NCBI RefSeq assembly: GCF_009914755.1
Contig: NC_060927.1
Reading direction: 5' to 3' (one strand)
Length of the DNA stretch: 64,000 nt
From: the human T2T-CHM13v2.0 reference genome, Homo sapiens
The notes under the pieces: generated by a model
Database searches by the model: none
What the model was told of the DNA's origin: nothing
What the model saw: the letters and a program-made list of their open reading frames with translations, nothing else
Shown here: positions 13,461 through 27,070 of the stretch, piece after piece
Position numbering within the stretch: position 1 is the first letter of the stretch
Layout: every line of letters starts with the position of its first letter
Program-made: the position numbers and the translations under genes

Positions 13461-14779
13461 AATCATGCTTTCTTTATAAAAACATCAGTGAAATAACAAT
13501 TCTATAATTGAAAATAATTCTGATGCAGAAGGAGAGGGACAGCAAAGAAACCCATTGACTGATATGCAGATTTTTCTTGCCAAACTGGTAAAAAATAATT
13601 CTAATTTTTCCAGTATTAGCAAAGAGAAAGAAAGGGGACATATCCTTTTACTGAAAAAATGCTAGCCAACCTGATAGGAAAAATAGAGAAAAGATGCAAA
13701 TTACCAGTATCAGGAATAAATGAGTTAACATCACTACAGATTCTGGAGATATTAAAAGGAAAGTAAGACAATTTTATGGAAATTTATGTCAATAAATTCA
13801 ACAACTTAGGTGAAGTGGACAAATTCCTTGAGGACAAAAACTGTCAAAGCTCACTCTAGAAAAACTGGATAACCAGAATAGCCCTATATTTATTTACTTT
13901 AAAATTGAAAGTATACTTAAAAACATTCACATAAAGAAAATTTGAGACATAGATGGCTTCACTGGTATTCTACAAAATGATTAAGAAAGAAATAATAACC
14001 ATTATATACAAATTATTTCAGAAACTTTATTTCACAACTCATTTCATGAAGCCACCCTTACTCTTATATCAAAACCAGACAGTGTGGTGTCAAATCAAGA
14101 TAGACAGATGAATCAAAACAGAACTCAGAAATAGAAACACACATGTATAAACAACTCATGTTTGTGTAAAGCTATTTCAGTGGAGAAACAATAGGTTTTT
14201 TTCAAAAAACAGTACTGGAACAGTTGTATATCTATATGCTAAGAAAACACTCTGATCCATAGTTAATTCCACATATAAAAATTAACTTCAAATAGATCAT
14301 AAACATAAAAGTTAAAACTATAAAACTTCTAAACTAAACATAAAACAAAATTTTTATGAACCTGAGTTAAGTAAATCTTTCTTATATATGACACCAAAAC
14401 CATGATTTATTTTTAAAATGTTGATAAATTACTTTATAAAATTAAAAATTTTTGTTCTTCAAAAAATACTGTTAAGAGAAGGAAAAGACAAGACATATAC
14501 TTGGAAAATATATTTGCAAAACATATTGCTGATAGAAGACTTGTATTCAGAATATATGGGCTCCAGAAAGTCATTTATAAGAAAACAAAAAACCTAATAA
14601 AAATGGTCACGAGATTTGCACAGGCACTTCACCAAAGATCTATGGATGAAAAATAAACATGTGAAAAGATACTCAACATAACTAGTCATTAGGAAAACCA
14701 AAAATCAAAACCACAGTGAGCGACTACTACATAAACCTATTAGCATGTCTAAAATTAAAAAAAAACACACACACACAAC

Positions 14780-15975
14780 AAAAATTAACTCAAGATGGAT
14801 TAAAGACTTAAATGTAAAACCTAAAACCATAAACCTTAGAAGAAAACTTAGGGAATCCAATTCAGGACATAGCCATGAGCAAAGACTTCGTGACTAAAAC
14901 ACCAAAAGCAATTGCAACAAAAGCCAAAATTGACAAATGGGATCTAATTAAACTAAGGAGCTTCTACACAGCAAAAGGAATTATCATCAGAGTGAACAGG
15001 CAACCTAAAGAATAGGGGAAAATGTTTGCAATCTACCCATCTGACAAAGGGCTAATATCCAGAATCTACAAGGAACTTAAACAAATTTACAAGAAAAAAA
15101 CAACCCCATCAAAAAGTAGGCAAAGGATATGAACAGACACTTCTCAAAAGAAGACATTTATGTGCTCAACAAACATACGAAAAAAGCTCATCATCACTGG
15201 TCATTAGAGAAATGCAAATCAAAACCATAATGAGAGACCATCTCATGCCAGTTAGAATGGCGATCACTAAAAAATCAGAAAACAACAGATGCTGGAGAGA
15301 ATGTGGGGAAATAGGAATGCTTTTACACTGTTGATGGGAGTGTAAACTATTTCAACCATTGTGGAAGACAGTGTGGCGATTCCTTGAGGATCCTCAAGGA
15401 TTCCTCAAGCATCTAGAACTAGAAATACCAGCAATCCCATTACTGGGTATATACCCAAAGGATTATAAATCATTCTACTATAAAGACACATGCACACCTA
15501 TGTTTATTGCAGCACTATTTACAATAGCAAAGACTTGGAACCAACCCAAATGCCCATCAATGATAGAATGGGTAAAAAGAATGTGGCCATATGCACCATT
15601 GAATACTGTGCAGCCATAAAAAAGAATGAGTTCATGTCCTTTGCAGGAACATGGATGAAGCCGGAAACCATCATTCTCAGCAAACTAGCACAGAAACAGA
15701 AAACCAAACACCGCATATTCTCACTCATAAGTGGGAGCTGAACAGTGAGAACACATGGACACAGGGAGGGGAACATCACACACCTGGGCCTGTTGGGGGG
15801 TGTGGGGAAAGGGGAGGGAGAGCATTAGGGCAAATACCTAATACATGTGGGGCTTAAAACCTAGATGGTGGGTTGATGGGTGCAGCAAACCACCGTGGCA
15901 CATGTATACCTATGTAACAAACTTACTCGTTCTGCACATGTATCCCAGAACTTATAATATAATAATTAAAAAAAA
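14780..15975 (+). mobile_element. 5'-truncated primate L1PA (~1.2 kb: end of ORF2, 3'UTR, polyA)
   Basis: ORF 15359-15619 reads as the L1 ORF2 C-terminus (LLGIYPKDYKSFYYKDTCT...AKTWNQPKCP); G-rich 3'UTR; A tail. Confidence 0.92.
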
Positions 15976-16103
15976 CAACCTGACCATATCAAGTCTTTAT
16001 GAAGATAAGGGGCAACTGGAACTTCTTATACACTGATGGTAGGAATTAAAAGTGGTAAAACACTTTGGAAAAACCATTTGGCAGTTTCTTAAAAAGTTGC
16101 ATA

Positions 16104-16340
16104 CAGGTTGAGCATCCCTAATCCAAAACCTGACATTGGAAATGCTCCAAAATCCAAAATTTTTTGAGTACCGACATGACACACAGAGGAAATGCTCATT
16201 GGAGAATTTTGGATTTTAGATTTTTGGATTAGGGATGCTTAACCAGTAAGTTAATGCAAATATTCCAAAAAATTTTTTAAAAATCTGAACTCCAAAACAT
16301 TTCTGGTCCCAAGCATTTCTGATAAGAGATTCTCAACCTG
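16104..16340. mobile_element. Tigger4a/MER46A-like TcMar MITE
   Basis: TIRs caggttgagcatccct / agagattctcaacctg flanked by TA on both sides. Confidence 0.85.
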
Positions 16341-18235
16341 TACATGGATTCAGCCTTTCTACATCTATGTATTTATCTGAGAGAAATGAAAACACACGTC
16401 TATGCAAATGCATGTGAATGTCTATAGCAGCTTTATTTGTAATGTCCAAAACTAGACAAAAACCAAATGTCTATGAGAAGATGAATGAATAAATAAATTA
16501 GGGTATATCCATACAATGGAATACTACTCAGTAATACAAAGGACTGAAATATTTAGATCTAACATGGATGAATCTCAAAATCATTACACAGTGTGAAATA
16601 GCCAGTAAAAAAAAGGCTGCTACTGTATGACTCTATTTAAATAAATTTGTGAGAAATATAAAGTAATCTGTAGTTACAGAAGGAAGATCAGTGGTTGCTT
16701 GGATATGCTGGGGAGGGGAGCAAGAGCTGTGAGGGAGGAGTTATAAAGAGTCATGAAACTCTAGGAGAGGAGGATGTGTTCATTGTCTCGATTGGGATAA
16801 TTTCACAAGTATACATATGTCAAAACCTATAAGAGAGTACACTTTATATATGTACAATTATGTCTATTATACCTCAACAAAGCTGTTAAAAAATCATCCC
16901 CAGTACTGGCAAAGATGAAAAAAAAGACACATTCTTATACTGTTGGTGTAAATGTAAATCACTATGACTTTTCTGAAGGTCAACTTGGCTTGTCAAAATC
17001 TATAAAAATGTGTATCTTTGGATCCAGATATTCAACTTCTAGGACTTGGTTATAAAGACATTCATCACAGTGCTGTGAATGTCTTATAACAGCAAAAAAT
17101 GGAAAGGGAAAATTCTCGCCAAGACTTGAAGTCAGAGGAACGTGACAGTTCATACAGAAAAGAACAAGTCCATGTTCCGCTCACAGAAATGGCTCCAGGT
17201 GGGAGTCACAAGAGCAGTGGAGGAGTCTCGCCTGATGACTCAGACTCAAGGGTCTAAGGATTTGGGCCCAGCTGTGGCTGATAGTGAAAGCTCCTCCTCT
17301 GAGGCTGAACATGTGACAGAGATCTGAGGAGCTGAGACCTTGGGACCAAGCTTGGGGACCACTGAGGCAGGGACCCAAACTTTAAAAGCAGCAGCTCTAC
17401 AGCAGTCTTGGATAAGAGCCTGGGCAATGGACCAGTCCTCGGTGACCCACAGTATGGCATCTACAACACTGATAATGGTAAGCTTGTCAGACTTGATCTC
17501 TCTCTCCAGCTGGCATTTGGAAGCAAGACTAGCCTAAACTGAGAAATCTCCAATTGGAGACAATGGAGACATGCTTGGCATAAAAGAAAAACATTGTATT
17601 TTCTGATAGTAAGGAGAAGTGAGAAAGTGAATATTAACTAGAAAAATAAAATTTTTTTAATTAAAAAAAATTAAATGTGACCACATTTGTTCCCTAACAC
17701 AGTGAAGTGGGTCCTATGGCTTACACATTTATACATTTTTTTTTAAAAAAAATAGAGATTATACTGAATAATATAATCTCTTTTTTTACATATGTTGCAA
17801 ACATCTTTTCAGATAAATAATATTCATCTATATCATTTAAATATAAAATAATATTCCATTTATATTCTATAAATATACTGTTTTTTTTCATCTTAACCAT
17901 GCTCCAACATTTGGATATTTTGTTTGTTTCTTTTTTTTTTAATAGAAATTGATCCATCTCTTATCAGGATGGAGTCTACATTTCAAGAAATATTGTGAAC
18001 AGTGGCTTTTCTAAGACCAGAAAACTTTCCACAATACATTTTCCAAGGACAGTGAGAACCTCTTCATTCTTCATTACATAACTAAAAGAAAGAATCAATT
18101 GACTCTTACCTGAAAAAAGCAGATCTGCTGTAAGATAACTAGCTTTATTCATACAAGAGAAACAGGGGCCATTTTTTCATGGATAAATATCCAGATAGAC
18201 AGGTGAATAAATGAGAAACAAAAAGGGGCGGGGGA

Positions 18236-18349
18236 AAGAAGGAAGGAAGGAAGGAGGGAGGGAGGGAGGGAAGGAAGGAGGGAGGGAGGGAGGAAAGGAA
18301 GGAAGGAAGGGAGGGAGGGAGGGAGGGAGAGAGGGAGGGAGGGAGGGAA
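18236..18349 (+). repeat. (GGAA/GGGA)n polypurine tract
   Basis: Over 110 bp of purines only. Confidence 0.95.
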
Positions 18350-18867
18350 ACTAATCACCAGGGTGTTAAAGGTGGATATCTACTCTGATGAGGTCACAGG
18401 AGTGCCTTTTTTTATTATTTTACTTCTCTTATTGATTTTTCTGCACTGATCATGTTATTTTTGAATAGGAAAAAATATGTTAACATTAATAAATTTAAAA
18501 TGAAATTATATAACCATATATAACTAAGATTCACTAAGCTACAGAAAAAAATATTCTGATCTGATTTGAATTTTTGTTTTTGCAATGCTGTCATGAAAAA
18601 AAGATCAACAGATATGAAAATGTCATAAAATTAGATTTCTATCAATGCTTTTAGAATTGAAACAGATTTATCTAAAGAGATATTTCAGAAAGCAAAATCA
18701 TTGCGTCAGAATTTTTGAGCTTCAAAAAGAAATGAAATCTTTCTGTTTTGAGAGGCATTCATTTATAAATAATTTATATTCATATATAAATATTTTTTAC
18801 ATTGAACAAATTTTCAACTATGCTTTGAAAGCTATTCATATGTACATGAATAATATAGCTACATACG

Positions 18868-18916
18868 GATGGATGCATAGATGATAGATAGATGATAGGT
18901 AGATAGATAAATAGAT
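18868..18916 (+). repeat. (GATG/GATA)n microsatellite
   Basis: ggatggatgcatagatgatagatagatgataggtagatagataaatagat. Confidence 0.85.
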
Positions 18917-20056
18917 CGCTATCCTTTTAGTTGCTGATAGCATTTCATGTTATGAATATAGTGCATTTTTTATATCCATTCCTATATTCCTTTATATCCA
19001 TTCCTCTATTGATGAAGCTCTACGTGATTTGCAGAATTTTACTGAGAGGTAATGTGGATTTAAGGTTGAAAGAGTACACTTGGTCTGGGCTGCCTGCCTA
19101 AGTTCAAATCCATTCCTACCATTTACAAGCCACATGACCTTAGGCAATGTCCTCAACATTTTTGTTATGTTAGTTTAAAAAAAAATCTATAAGGTGGGGA
19201 TCTTAATGGTACTTACCTCCTAGAGCTGTTATGAGGATTGTATGGGGTAATATTTGTAAAGTGCTTGGAATCAAGACTGGAATGTAGTAAGTGCTACGTG
19301 AGTGTTCGTTAAATATATGCCAAAAGGAACATCCTTGTAAGTGCTTCCTTGTGCACGGTTGCAGGAATTTGTCTAGGATTCCTATCCAGAAGTGAAATTT
19401 CTGGGTTGTAGGGTATGCAGATTTTTAATTTGATTAAATGCTGCCAAGTTACACTTCAACATGTCAGTACTAATTAATGTTCTCACAAGGGTGACTTTTT
19501 GTCACATATCTGACATTGTTCAACAAAGCCTCCTTAATTTGACCTGATGGATGAAAATGGTATCTTTTTGTATTAATTTACCTTGTCCTGATAAGTGATG
19601 AGAGTAAATATATTTTACACTCTGAACATATTCATAATTCCTCTCCTGTTAAATACCTGTTCAAATTAATATTCTTTTCATGGATTCATATGGAGTGTCT
19701 TTTTCTTACTGATTTGAAGGAATATTTTACATACTGCAGATACTAAGGCTCTGTTTGCTACATTTGTTGTAATTATATTTAATTTGTTTTTCAGCTTTGT
19801 TGACAGGAAATCTTTGCTATATACAAGTTTTGTTTTTCAAAATTTAAAATTAAAAAAGTAATACATTAGCATAGTTAAAAATTTAAGATATACATATTAA
19901 AAGATATAGAGTGAAAAGATACCCATTCTCATATCCTTGTTTCTCATTTACTTAGTTCTTGCCTGAACCACTGCCACAAGAAACAAGATGTATCCTCCAA
20001 AGTTTCTTAATTCAAATACAAACAAGTAAAAGTATGTATTTTATTTCCATGATTTT

Positions 20057-20347
20057 TTTTTTCCAGCAAGGTTTCTGATACCCAGGCTGGAGTGCAGTGG
20101 TACAATCACGGCTTGCTACAGTCTCAACCTCCCAGGCTCAAGAGATCCTCCCACCTCAGCCTGGCTCGTAGCTGAGACCATAGATTTGCGCAACTACACC
20201 AGGCTAATTTTCGTGTTTTTTTTTTTTTTGGTAGATGGGGTTTTGTCATGTTACCCAGGCTGGTCTTGAACTCCTGGGCTCAAGCAATCCACCCACCTCA
20301 GCTGGCCAAATTTCTGGGATTACAGGCATGAGCCACCATGCCTGACC
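20057..20347 (-). mobile_element. AluJ
   Basis: Diverged Alu with ctcctgggctcaagcaatcc; degenerate TSD tatttccatgatttt / tattgtcacgatttt. Confidence 0.9.
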
Positions 20348-22500
20348 TATTGTCACGATTTTACATACAAAGTTGTTTGCTCTATACACTCAGTTCTGCA
20401 AATTGCTTTAATTACTTAACAATATATCTTGGTGCTCTTTCCAACTCAGCATGTGGAGGGCTTACTGACTCCTTTTAAAGCTATTAGTCCACTGTGCAGA
20501 TGTGCCACCATTTATTTAATGACTGGCACTTGGGTAATTTTAATATTTTGTATTCCTAAAAATAGAGCAATAAATTAGATTGAATGTTTTTCATTAAAAA
20601 AAATCATTTTCCTTTGATAGTTTATATTTTTTTCTGTCTTAAGAAATCTTTGCTTACCCCAAGTTCATAAAGATTCTCCTTTTTTTCTTCTAAAATATGT
20701 AGAGGTTTTTTTCCTGTTTAGGTTTTAATGCAAAATTCATTTGTTGTTTTTAATGTGAGGTAGAAGTCTGTTTTTATTTTCTGTATATAGAGAGCACATT
20801 TTTCTAATACAAATTTTTAAACGTGGTTATACTCTATCTATTAATTTATGATACCAACTCTATTATACTCCAAGTTTACATATATGTTCAGATCTATTTC
20901 AGGAGTCTCTATTATGTTCATTGGTCTATTTGTTTTCTTCCATGCCAGTACTACACCATTTTTGATTATGTTAATTTTTTAATGTCTTAATACAGTGTAG
21001 AAAAAGTACCCCTTCATTGTTCTTTCTTCTTGAAATGTCTTAGCAATTCTGTGACTACATAAATTTTACATGCAACCAGAGTCCATAGAAATCAATTTGA
21101 AATCTTGATGAGAATTGTAACGAATATATAGATCATTTGGGGAGTATCAATATCTTTCACATGTTGATTTATTTAATTTACGCACAAGGTAAAATTTCCA
21201 CTAATTCAAGTACTCTTTTATGTTCCTCAATAAACTATTACATATTGTTTTCATTAAGTTCATGCACATATTTGTAGGGTTTATTCCTAGATACTTTATA
21301 GTTCAATCGCTGTTCCTTCTTTTTTATGTGATTCTTTTTTCCTATTACATTTTCTTTTTATTATTCCTAGTATAAGGGAACTTTAAGGTTTGTATATTGG
21401 TTTTTATCTGCACCCTTGCTGAACCGTATTATTAACTTTAAATATTTACGTGTAGATTCTCTTGTATTGTTGGCAATCTTATCATCTGCAAATATAAACT
21501 TTTTCCCCTAATTTATTTATCTCTTACTTCTTTTTAAAATTCATTTGTACCCACTTCTGATTTTTTTTTTAACCATCTTGCCATTAGTCATTTCAAGGAA
21601 CCAGAGTCAGTTTTGTTGGTCAGCCTCACTCCCACCTTTTTTATTTTTATTTTTGTAGTTTCTATTTCATTAACTTCTACTTTTTTCTCCTTGTTTCTTT
21701 TCTACAACTTTTATTGGGTTTACATTTTCCCCTAGCCTCTTGGAATTACTATTTAGCTCTTCATATTTCTTTTTGGTTTGCTAAAGTCTTTGCTGTAAGT
21801 TGTATTTATGGATTTTATATTCTTATCTTCATTACTTCCTTCCACTTTCTCTAGGTTTATTTTGCTGGGGTTTTGTTTGTTTGTTTGTTTTTTACTTTCC
21901 TAAGCTTGAAGTTAAGGCCATGGATTTTTTAGCTTTTCTTTTTCCCTCACATTTGCCTTTAAAACCGTAAGTTTCATGGCTGTAGTTGCCATTTGTAAGT
22001 ACTGATATGTTGTATATTTATTATCATTGAGTTCAGAATATTTTCTATTTTTATTGTGACTTTTTTGACCCAAGCAGTTATTTACAAATCCACTGTTTGA
22101 TTTTCAAACATTTAGAGATTTTTCTAGTTATCTTCTTACTCTCCAACAGTGGGCAGAGAGCCTACTCTATTCAATCCTTTAAAATATTTTGAAACTTGTT
22201 TCATGTCTCAGCATATGATCATTTAAAAAATGTTTTGCTTGCTGAATCCAGTGTTCTATTCATGTACATTAGATTGAGTTTTAAAATTATTTTTTCTATT
22301 ATTATAATCTTAGTTTTTTTATGGCTTGTTCTATTAGATATTTAGAGGTGTGTTATAATTGTTGGTATGTTTTGGAATTGTCCATTTTTCCTTATGTCTA
22401 TTTTGAAGTTCTGTCTATTTTGTAATTCTATTTATTTTGAGTCTCTGTTATACCTACATAGAAAATTTGAATTGTTATAATCTTCCTTTCGGATAAAAAC

Positions 22501-22811
<311 letters not shown>

Positions 22812-23835
22812 TAATTTTATTATTATGATGCATTCTCTAATAGTGTTTTTTCTTTCAAAGTTGGCTTTTCTGATAATAATATAACTACATAATTCTTTTG
22901 GTTAATATTTGCGTGCTATGTTTTTTTTGTCCTTTTACTTTTAACCTCTCTTTATCCTTATGTTTTAGATGTCTCTTTTTTACATCACATGGTTGTTATC
23001 TTTCTTTAAATCTGTTCATCTTTGCCTTTTAACTAGAACATTTAGACAATTTGCATTTAATTTCATTATTTATATATTTGGGTTTAAGTTTACCATCTTG
23101 GTATTTGTTCTCCATTTGTTGTATTTGTTTTATGATTCTTTTTTTCTCTGATGTCTTGCTTTTGTTTACTTCGAGCATTTTTATTCCTCTTTTCTCCTCA
23201 ATAAGTTTAGAAATTATTAATATACACTCATTTACTATTCTTTTAGCACTTCCTTAAAGAATATAACAAGTAAACATGTATATAATTTTATATGTCTACA
23301 TATAATATGTGTGTATGTATGTGTGTGTATATATACATATGTACATATGGAGGAATCACAAGATATTTTTTCAGCAATGATATTATGATGTACCTAAGTG
23401 TGGATTTCTTTTAATTTATCTCACTTAAGATTCATAGGGCTTCTTGAATCTGTAGTTTGAGGTCATTTTTGGAGTATTTATAGCTGTTGCCTCTTCAAAT
23501 TATTATTCTTGCCCCATTCCCTTTCTTTTCCTTATAAGTCTTCAGTTACATGTGGAAGAAACTACTTTGTTGCACTATTTATATCTCTTAATTCCACTTG
23601 TAGTTTCTATCCTTTGACTTTCTGTGCTTCAGTCTGGATATTTTTTTCTGATTTGTCTTCCGCTTCATTAATTCCCTCTTCAGCCATGACTAACAGACTT
23701 CCATCCAGTAAAATTTTAATTTTAGCCATTGTAATTTTTGTTTATAGAATTTTCACTTGCTTCTTTTTTAATAAATTCCAATTCTCTGCTGAATTTTTAG
23801 TTATATCTTTTTCCCCCTCCTTGAACCTGGTAAGC

Positions 23836-23837
<2 letters not shown>

Positions 23838-23870
<33 letters not shown>

Positions 23871-23886
23871 TATTATTATTATTATT
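23838..23886. repeat. (AAT)11 abutting (TAT/ATT)n; contains a perfect 34-bp palindrome
   Basis: Arms 23853-23869 and 23870-23886 are exact reverse complements. Confidence 0.95.
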
Positions 23887-24168
23887 TTGAGACAGAGTCT
23901 TGCTCTGTCGCCCAGGTTGGAGTGCAGTGGGGCAATCTTGGCTCACTGCAACCTCCGCCTCCCAGGTTCAAGGGATTCTCCTGCCTCAGCCTCCTGAGTA
24001 GCTGGGATTACAGGCACGAGACACCACTCCTGTCTAATTTTTGTATTTTTAATAGACACAGGGTTTCACTATGTTGGTCAGGCTGGTCTCGAACTCCTGA
24101 CCTCATGATCCACCCACCTTGGCCTCCCAAAGTGTTGGGATTACAAGAGTGAGCCACTGCACCCAGCC
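23871..24168 (-). mobile_element. Alu (S-type) with (ATT)n tail
   Basis: Full Alu; right TSD agcataattatt at 24169-24180. Confidence 0.95.
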
Positions 24169-26062
24169 AGCATAATTATTTTAAAGTCTATGCCTAATAA
24201 TTTCAGTACCTGGGGATTCAGAGAGTGCATTTCTGTTGGCTATTTTTTTCTAGTTTTTATTCATATTTTATTGTTTCCTTGTATGCTAAGTTGTGTGTGT
24301 GTGTGTTAATGGACATTGTATTTGCAGTGTCCATCGTAGAAATAATTTAATGCTAAGGATGTCATGTTCTTAGGAAGAGGATTTATATTTGCTTATGCCA
24401 GGTACCTAGAGGCATTAGCATGGTATCAACTCAATTCAGTTTAGGTATTGATATAAGTTTAAGTTGAGTTCACTTCTATTTCCCATTTATCCTGTCTCTG
24501 GGATAGATACCCTCAGAGTTTCTACAGGGGTTTCTACAAGTCACCTTTCCTTCTTGATAGGTCCTAAACTCTAACGGCCATTGATTTTTCTCTGTGAAGC
24601 TGTGAAAAGTAATACTCAACTTCTCAGCCTCTTAGACTTTCAGGGTCCCTTTGAGTCAGCAAAGCTCACCAAAGAAAAATGGCCCCCAAAGCCAGGTTCA
24701 CCTCTCTGGGCTTTGATCCCTCTTCACATCTTGACTCACTGATACTTTAATATCTTTTTGCATTTTCAGAACCTTGGAACAAACTATTCTTTCAAACACT
24801 TAAAAATTATCTTTTTTCCAAATTTTATTGTCCTTAGTAGGACAATTGGTCAGATTTACATAGCCTGTCTTTATTCAAAGTAGAATTCTGAAGCAGTTAA
24901 TATTTTATTTTAAAAATGAATTTTTTTCATAAGAGTAGAAAATTTGTCTGCACATGCACTGGGATTGCTTTGAAATGGCATTTATGAATGCTTTTGTGTC
25001 ATTTCTACAACCTTACTTTTAATAGTTCAAGAGTTCACATTGTAAAGACACTAAATAAAGCAATAAATTGCCTTGAAAAATGTCTAAACTCCAAATATAC
25101 TTCACCAGCATACATAACTCTGGTTCTTTATAAGCAATGGTATAAGAGTTGCCAGGGAAACACCTTACCTAGTTCCTTTATCCTTGAGCCATCATAAAAG
25201 ATTTCCACCAAAATTTCAAGGACTAAACAATGACTAACTTTCTTAACTAAAGGAGATTTCAGAAAACAACTACTAAGGCTGATAAGAAACATATGCTAAG
25301 AAGGCAAGAGCATGAAATTAATTTTTTTTTAAATGTGGGTACTATTGTCTTTATCTTTACTACCCCATAAAGAATGGTTTGTGAACTAGATGCAACCCCC
25401 ATCCCTAATATGCTTCATTATTAAAGCAACACTTAATTAAGTGGCAGACAAAGCCAGAAACATGCTGTGGTTTAAGAAAGTCTCTTAGGTTATTTTCAGA
25501 TGTTTCTTGTTTGGCAAGAGCCAGAGCACATTTTGTTGAGCACATTTTATTCCTATGTGTATTTTAAGGGAAATCTAACCCATGTGTTTTATTTCATTAA
25601 TATTTTGCCAAGTTAAATGGTTCTTTTGTAAGATATATTTAATGTTGTTATTTTTATGAGACTTTTTCCCCTGGATTATGAATTCATATGTCACCTAAAA
25701 TAAGTATACTTTGATCCAAATATCTTGTAGTTACAAAGTCAGAAACCCACAGAACTTGGGTGATTTTTCCAGCAGTGCCAAATACAATATTTTATGTGTA
25801 CTACTAACATCATGTTTTTTTTCTCATATTTGTCAATCAGCACTTTATTGGAAAAACAAGAATTATCCACCTTTTAAAGTCCTGCTTTTTGATCAATATC
25901 CAGAGGAGACCATAGCCAAATTCAATATGAGCCACTGACTTCAGGTAGTGGGTGTAGATCTAAGTGTGTGATCTGTATAATGACTAAATCACAGCTATGC
26001 TGATTTAAGTGGATACATCAGAGGACTTGAATACTAACCCATAGCAGTGTCAAAAGTGACCA

Positions 26063-26358
26063 GGCCAGGCGCGGTGGCTCACGCCTGTAATCCCAGCACT
26101 TTGGGAGGCCGAGATGGGTGGATCATGAGGTCAGGAGTTCAAGACAAGCCTGGCCAAGATGATGAAACCCCATCTCTACTAAAAATACAAAAAAAAAAAA
26201 AAATCAGCCAGCATGGTGGCAGGCGTCTGTAATCCCAGCTACTTGGGAGGCCGAGGCAGAGAATTGCTTGAACGCAGGAGGCAGAGGTTGCAGTGGGCCG
26301 AGATTGCGCCATTGCACTCCAGCCTGGGTGACAGGGCATTCTCCGTCTCAAAATAAAA
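26063..26358 (+). mobile_element. Alu (S-type)
   Basis: ggccaggcgcggtggctcacgcc start; TSD aaaagtgacca on both sides. Confidence 0.95.
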
Positions 26359-26369
26359 AAAAGTGACCA

Positions 26370-27070
26370 GTGACGATATGGACAAGAGGAACTTTCAATC
26401 AATACTAGTGGGAGTACAAATTAGTAAATTGCTTTAGAAAACAATTTAGATTATCTAATGAAGTTGCAGATGCACGTGTCATATAACCTAATAATTTCAC
26501 TCCTTAGGAATAGTTCTGGAGAAACCTGTACATGAAAACCAGGACACATATACAAAAAACTTCACAGTGTCATAACAAAAAACTGAAAACAACTTAAATA
26601 ACCATTAATAAGAAAATGAGTAAATAAGTTGTGATATTCATACAGTGAGATTATATAGAGCAATGAAAATGAATGAATTATAGACACATACATAATTATA
26701 GACACATTAACATGGATGAATCTCAAAAACAGGGTGCTGAATTAAAAAAACAAGTTATAGTAGAAAAATGCACTATGATTATATTTACATGAAGTTCAAA
26801 AATGTGTAAGAAAAGATGTTAATGTTTAAGAATATGTATAAATATATAACACTAGAAATAAAAACATGGAATGATATAAATAAAATTCAAGATAGTCATT
26901 ATTTCTCATAGGATAATGGAATGTTGAGGAGCTAGAATACACGAAGAGCTTTAAGATTGCATTAATGTTCTATTTTCTAAAAGCTGCATGATATGTACGT
27001 AAGTTTTCTTTTTTTATCCTGTTTGTACTTAAGAAATATGTGGTGAATATTATTTTGTATTTATTCAACT
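26370..27070 (+). mobile_element. Old L1ME-like 3' fragment
   Basis: gaggaactttc...gtgggagtacaaattagt...aacatggatgaatctcaaaaac. Confidence 0.65.

Larger units (their letters stand above)
13640..16890 (+). mobile_element. Old L1M element (ORF2 fragments plus 3'UTR) hosting younger insertions
   Basis: Degenerate ORF2-like A-rich sequence (gacaaattccttga, agatggcttcactgg) and L1M 3'UTR ending tattatacctcaacaaagctgttaaaaaa; continuous across the L1PA and Tigger insertions. Confidence 0.75.

Noticed and set aside
23509-23997. Longest ORF in the track (162 aa) with a poly-Ile run
   Set aside because: Read-through of antisense L1, the (AAT)/(ATT) repeat and an Alu.
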